From: Bigelowiella natans CCMP2755
Taxonomy: Eukaryota; Protista; Cercozoa
DNA: 64,000 nt
Direction: 5' to 3'
NCBI GenBank assembly: GCA_000320545.1
Contig: ADNK01002959.1
Span: forward strand, 1-64,000
This document shows positions 54,191 to 64,000 of the stretch, in pieces. Position numbers and translations under genes: made by a program. How positions within the stretch are numbered: the stretch's first letter is position 1; each line of letters opens with the position of its first letter. The notes beneath the pieces were generated by a model. It ran no database searches. It saw only the letters and a program-made list of their open reading frames with translations, and was not told the origin of the DNA.

Positions 54191-54502
54191 ATTTCAAAAT
54201 TTAGCTGAAGAGGCGCTTGATACAAGATTGTTTAAAAATAAGCTTCGCGAACGATATCTATCATTATTTCATACATTTAGCTTGCTTTGGCTATTTTTTT
54301 GGTTTGATCTTCTCTTCCATATAAATTCTGCTCATAAATAAATGAATAACCATATGCTTGTGTCTTGTAATAATGTCATATTGCTATTTTTTATTAAAAG
54401 AGTGATTATGTAGTAGCCCTCTAGTTACAACACGCGAACACAGTAGTATTTGATGACAGCAAGGGAAGATGACGATATCTAACAATGATCAATTGATTAA
54501 AG

Positions 54503-55058
54503 GGGCTCTATGGTGCTCTAGCTTGGAAAGAAATCGGAAATATTTTCAAGGACACCTGTGAGGGAAGAAGGAAGACGGAAGAAATTGGTCAGATATGTAG
54601 TAAGTGTGAAGTCTTCTTCTGTAGTTGCAATGGTGATATTCCAACGTTTAGCATCAGCAGTCCTACCTTTTTTTTGATGACATTGCCATTATCATCAACA
54701 TCTATCATCATCCTCTCTGTTAGTATTATTTATCGTGCATAAGTGCTTACAGTCACGAATATTCAGATAAAGTTACTTCATACCACTTGTATGCTTGTAT
54801 TACTAATGAGTGATAATAACAATGAATTGATGGGATAACACCACTTCACAGAAGGGTATCGACAAGCTGTACCTGTTTGGGCCGCTAACAAGGAAGAAGA
54901 TACCGTGCATACCACAAACGAAGCAGAGCAAGAACAAAAAGGAAAAAGTCTCGGCTATGATAAGAATTATCATGATAACATCTACTATCAACACTCCGAG
55001 GCTGTAGCAAGGAAGGCGACGTCAGCGATGTATGCCTACGATACTTCCTACTATGAAG

Positions 55059-55100
<42 letters not shown>

Positions 55101-55618
55101 AAGTCCGTCAATTGATCCTTTCCCATGACGAACATTGAATGGAAGGACGTAGTAGCAAATTTCAAGTCAACCACCCTAGGCTATTTATGATGATATTATA
55201 AAGGAGAGCAACATTAAATAGTCTTTCCTACCCACTTTGTAGAATGCGGAGAAGAATAGTTTCCTTGAGCTCTACATGACTCGATTCATGATGATGACGA
55301 TGATGACCATGAACGATAATTGCAGCAGCCTTGCTTCTTCTCTTTTGTTGTTGCATATATGATGTAGATTTAGACGATAGCAAGGTCGACGGTGACAGAC
55401 ATGCTGCTGCTGTCGCTTCTACTCCAAAGAAGGATAATAGAGATGATGACACCAATTTAACAAAAGACAAAACAACAAAAGATCCTTCTGAAAGCAATGG
55501 TGAAGAACACTTGAAGGAAATACACAGCCGTCTAAGCGAACGATTTCACACTGCTTTGGCCAAATCGAAGGGAAAGACCCCAAATGAGGAAATGGCGCGA
55601 GCAGAAGGCATCAAAAAG

Positions 55619-55656
<38 letters not shown>

Positions 55657-57280
55657 ATATGATGTGGAGATAATGATGATATACAAATGATAACACATTA
55701 CCAGGCAGTAAGTAGTACCTTAATCTCTCTTACATTCATGATCGTATCTGCAAATGCTACTGCTCCTTACCAACTGCTGTTTTATCACTTCCACCCGACA
55801 GGTTATGGACGAATTTCGAGAGAGAGCAACCAAGGTATCCTCCGAGATAATCGAGGATATGAACATAGTCCCCCTTAAGAAACGCCGACACAAGCCTGAC
55901 GGCCGTTTTGGAGGTGTTGCTGGTGGAGAAAAATACTACGATGATGGTATTGTGTACAAATTTGCACGTGATATTCACAACTTGTACGGAGGAGATGAGT
56001 GGGTAGGCAAGGCCGCAGATAACGAGCTCCGGGCACTGAATCAGGTAATGAGCAGCTTTTTTTTCACCAAACAGCGCGAATTTAACATCTCGCCCGTTAT
56101 GTATGCATATATATATATATATATATATATATTTATTTTTATATACATATATTTATATAATATATGTACATATGCATGCAAGGATACGGAAGCTACATAT
56201 GGAAGAATACATCGTATGAGATTAAATGAATAATAGTAAATGACAATGATGACGACGACCTCTTGGTAGTCATAAACCAAGCTGTCTTTCAGAATCACCC
56301 GAAACAAGAATAATAGTAATGATACTACTACTACTTCTACTACTACTACAACAACTACTTTATAATAGTAGTAGTAGAAGAAGAAGAAGAAGATGAAGAA
56401 TTAAGAAAAATAAAATGCTGATTGATAGCAACAATTTGCACGTCCATTAAGCATTATTAATACAATTGCCGAGAAATTAACAAATGTCGCTACTACTACT
56501 ACTACTACTACTACCTACTACCTACTACTATGATTAGGTGTTGAATCTTGGTATCCCACGACTTCAAATCCCTCTCATGGCTATCATTGACTATCGAGGC
56601 AGTCGCATCATAGCAATATCTCATGTCGATATCGACGACGAGAATTCTCTGGTACACTTAGTTATGTTTACAAGTTTGGTGCTGCTACCGGGTGCTTTGT
56701 GTTGGTTGTGTCAATACTTTATCACCATCATCATCGTTTTCTTCTTCTTCTTCTTCTTCTTCTTCTTCTTCTTCCTCACCATCAACATCTATTGCCGAAG
56801 GTATATGGCACTGCAGACGGCGGCGAGACAATAAAAGATGGAAGTGAAAAGAATGAGGGCGGAGGAGTAGCATCGTCATCAGCAGAAGTGCTAGGTATTG
56901 TGGAGAAAATGGGCAAGTCCCTTGGCTTAGCCCCACACATGGTCGTCGAGCGAAGTACACGACGGTTATGTAAAATTCACGGCGTGGCTGATATGGAGAT
57001 ACATCACGATCCATCGAAGGGAAACTTCTACGTTATTGACACTGCGAGGTGGTACCTATCATGGCTCTTACTAAGAGATCAATTGCTATTATCTAAATAT
57101 CTCTACTTTCTTTAATTGCCTCGTATAACTTAGATGGTGGTGGTGATGATGATGATGATGATGATGATAACGATAGCGCCAACACCAATAAGAACACAAA
57201 CCGATCAGATGATCAGCAGCTATTTCTAGTGCCGAACAATATGTTATGGCACACAATATTTGAGGATACTGATATGTAAT

Positions 57281-57329
<49 letters not shown>

Positions 57330-60300
57330 CTCTTTCTCGATCTCTTTCTCTTCAAAATGGCGGTGCATCATCTCCAGACTATTCCCCCCAACATGCCCAA
57401 GGTTGGACATTGGTGGCAAAGGATCAGTGTTATATAATCAGCTAAGACCTGAGCTTGTTGCTAGATGTCGCTCCTCGTTGCCTGGGATGACTCAAGGGTT
57501 ATCGCCTGATGTTTTTACTGGTTTTGGACAAGCTCCTGGAGGTAGAAAGCTGGGAGAAAATGTATCCAAAGCAACTGCATACTTACTGAAACAGGTATCA
57601 GCAGTCGTATTAGAAAGTAGTACTAGTAGTGGATACTGAAACGAATCAATAATCGTCATAACGCAGCCTACCATCATCTCAACATATTGTATTTACGACG
57701 ATGACGACAACCATCATCTCAACATATTGTATTTACGACGATGACGACAACGGCGTATCACATCATCTCAACATATTGTATTTACGACGATGACGACAAC
57801 GGCGTAGCAGCCTACCATCATCTCAACATATTGTATTTACGACGATGACGACAACGGCGTATCACAAAAGATGGAAAATCATTGGTGCACATCATCATCA
57901 TCGTCATCATCACGATTCTTCGCTACTACTTGTGATTAAATTGATGATTAGGTAATACCCGACGCCTGCAGGTGGTTGGTGGCTACGAAGAAGACTCTTG
58001 ATAATTCGAATCTTGCGCCAACACTCCATGCCCAGGGCATAAATTTGAGATTCATGGGAATTATGCGTAGGATATTGATCGAAATGACCTCGTCCGCATA
58101 CGACGAAGAAAGAGAAAAGGAAGGAGGAGAAAGGAATCAGGATGACCGTGTCGCTGATCGCGAGTAATAGATACACGACGTAGAATCAACCGGTGCATGT
58201 AGGTGGTGGGAGGGAGGGGGAGCTGGTAGTAGCAGTCTTGATCATCACTAAATATAGACAACCCTGATTGATATAGGTTTATCTCTCTCTCATTCTCTTA
58301 ACCCTAACTATTGTTGATATCTGTTGTTGTGTTGTGTTGTGTTGTTTCCTTTCCCTCGACCATAATCAATATCTAGATTCGCCAATTCGCTTGCACACAC
58401 TCTATTGATGGAGATGATATCACGCCAAATGAAGATAGACCTTCGTTCTCTAATGCGTCGTAATAGTGGTACGAGTACTAGTAGCTTAACCAAAGGAAAC
58501 ATCACAAGCAGCAGAGCTCATGCTGCTAATACTGAGGTTGTGAGTCAGTACCTCGCTTTGGCGTTATGCTATGGAAATGGTATTCGGGGGGTAGGCAAAC
58601 ATGCCACGCTTGCAAAGATATACTGGGATAGAATGAGAGTAGTTCTTCCAAAAAAGTTTTGTGCATGTTTGACCAAGGAGGAACTCGAGTTGATTAGTTG
58701 TAGCAGTAGTAGTAGTCGTAGTCGTTGTCATAGCAAGAGCAGCACCATATTCAATAAAAATGGTAGTAATGGTGGAGATCAAGCTGAGAACGATAGTGTT
58801 CCATCATCATCATCATCATTATCATCGTCATCAAGTTGTCGCAGGAAGCAGTTTAAAATGAGTGCGTATAAGTTCTTCAAGACGAGGGTTGTTGACCATT
58901 GGTGGCTTCGTGCTCGTGTTTGTGAGCTCACGGGACTACAACTACAACAGCAGCAGCAGCAGTCACAACCACAGCTACGACTAAAAAATATCCGGCAGAA
59001 GATAAGGGGAGAAAGAACATTTGAGCCTGATCAACAGCAACTAAAAGATCCAAGGATTCTTAAAACCCGTGCTCCCCGTCCGCCTCGATATTATTCGAAT
59101 CGAGTTATTACTACTCCAGATTCTTCTTCTTTTTCTTCCCGATCAGCCCGATCAAGAAGGGTCAGCATTCCTCTTCCATCGTCTTCTTCATCATCTTTTT
59201 CTTCCGCGAGAATAATAGCGCCTCTCAAAACTGCTCCTCTTTCATCATCATTTTCTCCTTTATCCTACATTTCCAAAATCTTTGGGAAGACGTTCGGGGG
59301 AAATCGGAGACAAAACAACAGTAACAGAGTCGTGAAATCGTTGCCACCAGATTCATCATCAATTAGTGATAGAAAGACTTCTAGAGAAAGGACCAGCATG
59401 GAAGATTGCGAGAGGGTGGTGATGGTGGCCAAATCATTACCACCAGATGCAGAGGATGACAGTACAGATGATGGTGATCACAAGGGTGCGATGGAGACTT
59501 CAAATGATGATCACGATCATGATCAAAAGGAACCTGTGATGGTTGTCACTAATTTTCGCCTGAAATCTCCGCCACAGTTGCAACAGCTCGCATTGAATGA
59601 TGGAGATATTGATTTGAATGATGATACTACTCAACAACAACAACAACATCTCGAAGCAGCATCAGTACTCCCTAATCGACAACAACTAAATGTAGCCAAG
59701 GGGGAGTTGGAATCACTCTCAATGTCGTCTCCTCCACAGGTGCAGCACCATAATCAGCTGCTCAATTTAAATGCAGACGCAGAAGACTTTGATTTGAATG
59801 AGTATGAGTATGACAACAACTCAGAAATGCAGCAGCAGCAGCAGCAGCAACAACAACAACAACAACAACAACCCCGTTTGACGGCAATGAATCTGAAATC
59901 ACCACCACAGCCCAAGCAAAATAGTGATTTCATTGATTTTACGGACTACGACACATCGACGACTCCTCAAGAATCCTTACTACAAGCTCCTAATCCTGAT
60001 CAGCAGCTAAACATCTCATCATCATCATCATTCTCACCGCCATCGTCGTCGTCGTGTCTTCCACAGCAGCAGCAGCAGCAACAAGCACAGGGAACTGTTG
60101 GAGGAGGGAGGGACATGAAAGATGCAATGGAGATTAATTCCAATACAGCATCAGTTTCTTCATCTTCCGTTGTAGCATTTCGAAGACAACCAACTATTCA
60201 CTTGGAAGATCTTCTTCTAAATGCTACCAAGGACCGGGACTCTGCGGGGGGGGAAGTAGTAGTAGTAGAAGGGGGGGGAAATGAGGAGGAGGATGAGGAT

Positions 60301-60446
60301 GGCGCGGAGGGGAATGACGACGAGGATGAGGAGGAAGAGGACGAGCAGCGTGGAAAAAATATTGATGACATCGATCACCATCATCATCATCATCAGCAAC
60401 AACAACAACAACAACAGGAGAAGAAGCAACTGGTGGATTTGGGTCT

Positions 60447-60484
<38 letters not shown>

Positions 60485-63206
60485 TGAGAGATAACAATAC
60501 ATCATCACTCAATATGTCGTGCCTTCATTACCATCAGTACATCTGTCTCCCACGAATAAAGAGTCTTGTTCTTCTTCCAAGAGATGTAGGCTTGGCTCAG
60601 TTAAGACAGACAATCACCATCAATGACGAGTGTGTTCACAGTGATAATAATCATCATAATCATAATCATAATCATAATCATAATCATAATAATAGTAATA
60701 ATAATAAAGTGGTGCATATGCTGAAAAAGAAGGCAGATGATGCCCTCGATAGTAAGAAGAGACAGGGACTACTACAGGGGAAGTCATCATCGGTGGTATT
60801 ATTCTTCTCAGAGAGCTTCCTATTGAGCAAGATCAATGGTCTACGAAAAGCCAAACTGAACCTTCAAAAAGCTCTAGATGCAACACCGAGTGATAAATTC
60901 TTGTTGTCGATGCTTGGCGTCTGCTTAATGCGACAAGCTGAAATTGAAATGTGTGTGAGTGCTCAAGCGCAAGATACAATCAACAAGGCAATTGGTGTAT
61001 TTGAAGAAAGTATAAGTGGTGGTCCTCCAGGAGCAACAGCTGATGCAGCAGTAAGGGCGAGGTGTTGTCGTCGTTATGGTTGTGCTCTACTGGCTCTGTG
61101 GATCCAACATCTAATCCGAATATACATTCCACTCACTCAATCGCTCAAATTTCTCCAAAGATGCTGCTGCATCAGCAGTAAGAGCAGCAGTAAGAGCACC
61201 ACTACTACCAGCAGCACCGCAGAGGGTGTAACGAAATTAAAGGAGCTCATGCTGGAAGCAGCTTCATGGCTCATGAACGCGGAAAAGAACTTTCTCCTCT
61301 CTCTAAAAATTGCTGCACAACACAAAAATTTGGAGGGTTCTGCTGCTACTACTACTACTACGGATGCCTCCTCCCATCCATGGTGGAAACAAGAAATAGC
61401 ACTGGCAACGAGATATTTGGCGTTTTTGTATGCAATTGCGAATGCAATAACGATGGAAATAAATATTGCGGGGCCCAAAGCAAAAACAACAGCAGACGCG
61501 GAAGGAGTGAGAGGGGGAGGAAGAGGAGGAAGGGAGAAAAGCGGTACCTCCTCCTCCTCCTCCTCCTCATCATCATCATTATCATCCTCTATTAACCACG
61601 ATTTACTATCTTCTATCATTCCTATAAGCGGTGTTAGCACAGGGCGAAAATTGGAATCCATTTCAGCATGTCTTGCTATTTGCAAAGATGATCCAATCGC
61701 AACCCAAACGCTCCTTCAAGCTCTCCGTGCTGATGATCATATCATGATGCATTTAGACACTAGCAGCAACAGTAGCAGCAGCGTTAAGAAGGAAAAGAAA
61801 GAAGCTGGTGTACAAGAAATGATGGGAAATCAGTCGTCATCGTCGTCTGTTAAGGCCAACGACATGGAAGGTGCTGTGCTGAAGGATCACGTAATCACTG
61901 CAGCTGCTGCATCGGTTGTAACTCCGATAGGAATGACCACGTCGATGACGATGATGAAAAAGATGGATGAAAAGAGCAGCAGCAGCAGTGGTGGTGGTGG
62001 TGGTGGTGGTGATGATTGTGGTAGTGATAGCACTTTTTCTGGGTCTCTTCAAAGCATTGTCCATCAACTACTTGGTAAGGTGAAGCATCAGCAGCAGCAG
62101 CACAAGGTAGTAGTAGGAGGTGGAGACGATGTTAATGAACCCCCGTTTGCCTTGGTTGAAATCAAATATGGTAATTCTGCCAAGAGTAGTCTAAGCCGTC
62201 CTTCTGGTTCTACTACTACCACTGCTACTCGAAGATATAGAGTAAAATTATTCGTGAAAGCAAGAATTATAGCCACCAACCTGAAGGAAGATGATGATGA
62301 TGATAATGATCCATTTTGGTCAAAACCATCGTTAATATCATCGATTGTGGAGTCTGTAAGGTTTGTTGTTAATAACACAGCTCATTATCATCATCGTCAT
62401 CATCATCATCATCATCATCATAATCTAGGTCATTGATTAATAGCAGATATCCCGCCACCACCGAGGTTTGATATTGATCCTCTCCCTCATAATACAATCA
62501 TTAGTTTTTCAAAGCATGACTCGTTTCTGGGGGCATCTTCGTGGGAGAGCAAGAAGTTGGATCAGAATGGATCGATCCAAGTTGCCTATCGGGGTACTAC
62601 TAGTAGCTTTCGATGATGATGATGATTATGATGATGATGATGATGCTGTCGCGTCTTTCTTCCTCTCGATGAGTACTGGAACTATTGCCAGGCAGATGGA
62701 GGTGTTGAAGTACTATGACCAGATGTAAATTATTTGTGAATCTTCGATAGTTTTCCTCAAGTTGTTGTTTTGATTTCAGCTTCTTCTTCTTCTTCTTCTT
62801 CTTCTTCTTCTTTTCAGAAAGCTTCCCCCTTGTTCCGTCATCACAACTCCGTTTCTTATCATTCTGCTGACGTGATTGTTTTTGTTTAGGATGGGGTGGA
62901 TTTCTTACGGAGATCAAAATACAATTCGCACTTCAAAACAAGAAAAACACGGTGGTAGGAAAAGATAAAGCTGAGTCATCCCCTGTGAGAACATTGGTTC
63001 TACCACATTACATCATACTGCATGATAATGGAGAGACATCGGAAAATACGATAACTACCCTCGTAAGATTCATCCCCACAGCTGCAAGCACTCGCGAAAA
63101 AGACAGCATCGAGGCTCTTTTGCAGGAACATAAACAAATGGAGGTCAAACAAAGAAGGACAAAGAAAACAAAAAAATGTAAAAGCCGTAGATCAATGCGA
63201 TTATAG
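54503..63206 (+). CDS. Clu (clustered mitochondria) domain protein with a long low-complexity/TPR-like region and a C-terminal YEATS domain; start approximate
   Basis: Clu motifs GGVAGGEKY, KFARD--LYGGDE-KAA-NELRAL, PLMAIIDYRG-R, VYGTADGG, FYVIDTAR|LFPP, LRPELV, LSPD-F and LHAQGINLRFMG. A ~4-kb exon to 62360, then exons 62505-62593 and 62890-63206 add ...SVSFSKHDSF...YRGWGGFLTEIKIQF...HYIIL. Confidence 0.88.
57672..57865. repeat. Intronic minisatellite: four identical 40-bp units
   Basis: catcatctcaacatattgtatttacgacgatgacgacaac at 57672, 57712, 57761 and 57816, separated by 0, 9 and 15 nt. Confidence 0.95.
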
Positions 63207-64000
63207 CATAATAGAAGCGAAGATGCGTCGAGATCTTAGGTTGTTCTCTAGCACGCTGCTATTATGCACTGTCAATAATTTCAACGCATGATGCATATTG
63301 ATTGCGTGCTTGCATCCGATCCATGTACGTGTGCATATGTGTATGTTATCGTCAGTGTCACATCATATTGCATCGACGTAGACACTGACACATCTATGAG
63401 ACGGGTGTAATGAACAAATTAAATTTCAAATGGTCATGCAAATCTAATATAGCTATCTAGCTATGCATGTCAGCATATTTATGCATCTGATCGCTACTCC
63501 AGTCGGATGCTAGGATGCCTGCATATGTATATGCACAGATCTAGAGATGTACAACATTTGTGCGCGTGCATGCGATGAACGCCCTGCCACGCAGTACATA
63601 GTACAATCGAAAGTCGTCATCTATGTGCGAATCAAATATCATCCGACAAAATGTAGCTATAACAATCTACAGCGCTTATGTTGTATCATCATGGAACATA
63701 CATCATTGTGTTGCATGCACGACTGTTTCTGAAGCTTGCATTAACATCTCCATTGTTCATTGTGTGTGTGTGTTCTTGTGTGTTGTGAAGCACATGTTCC
63801 AAAAAGAAGAAGAGCTAGAGACATCTAGATAGAATTATGGGCTAGCAGCTGCGCGTGCGCTACCTCGATGTGACAATGAGTTTTCATGACAATATATGAG
63901 TTTTCAGCAATACATCCAGACATCTAGCTGACGAGTCACAGCGCATACAGCAGCTACATCCGCAATATCACAACATGTGACCTATCATAAGTACTTCCTA

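Larger units (their letters stand above)
1660..62815. repeat. Dispersed microsatellites ((AT)n, (CA)n, (GA)n, (ATC)n, (GAC)n, (TAG)n, (AAC)n, (GAA)n, (GGA)n), mostly intronic
   Basis: Directly visible, e.g. (gac)n 4634-4690, (gaa)n 10696-10746, compound (ca)(ta)(tg) 21352-21445 and (gga)n/G-run 27313-27377. Confidence 0.95.

Noticed and set aside
57672-57865. CRISPR-like array of identical 40-bp repeats
   Set aside because: Spacers are 0-15 nt and derived from the flanks, it sits inside a eukaryotic intron, and there are no cas genes. It is a minisatellite.
62361-62436. Poly-His C-terminus and stop of the 1343-aa ORF
   Set aside because: Lies in a predicted intron. Splicing at 62360 continues in frame into the YEATS motifs.
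1614-62917. Many short ORFs with YIYI, HTHT, CVCV, ERER, LSLS or MMMM runs
   Set aside because: Translations of intronic microsatellites or antisense frames of real exons.
1-64000. tRNA, rRNA, intact transposons or viral genes
   Set aside because: None recognisable by eye. A tRNAscan/Infernal/Repbase search would be needed to exclude small ncRNAs.

Overview
Gene-dense eukaryotic nuclear DNA with GT-AG spliceosomal introns, many of them filled with microsatellites. It is probably from a plastid-bearing protist. A chlorarachniophyte such as Bigelowiella is a guess based on intron style, a Mg-type hemB and a plastid-lumen-type leader; the sequence does not prove it. Manual splicing gives 14 genes plus a probable 3' gene fragment at the left edge. 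In order: aldo/keto reductase (-), 14-3-3 (+), unknown twin-arginine-leader protein (-), PIGBOS1-like microprotein (+), small hypothetical (-), pepsin-family aspartic protease (+), mS38/Cox24-like mitoribosomal protein (-), EF-hand/TPR protein (+), hemB (-), REJ-GPS polycystin-1-like receptor with a PDZ-like tail (+), HTTM/gamma-carboxylase-like membrane protein (-), ADF/cofilin (+), Kelch propeller ending QDEL (-), and a Clu-domain protein carrying a spliced C-terminal YEATS domain (+). Most ORFs in the supplied track are microsatellite or antisense artefacts. Main observations: (1) strict strand alternation of all genes into seven head-to-head pairs; (2) intergenic islands that lack TpA but keep CpG, in one of which every surviving TA lies in CTAG, suggesting a context-specific A-to-G mutational process; (3) a Clu-YEATS fusion with an intact acyl-lysine pocket that the ORF track misses; (4) a three-exon 72-aa PIGBOS1-like microprotein; (5) a Mg-type hemB with a mitochondrial-like presequence. 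All gene models are manual predictions and several 5' ends are approximate.
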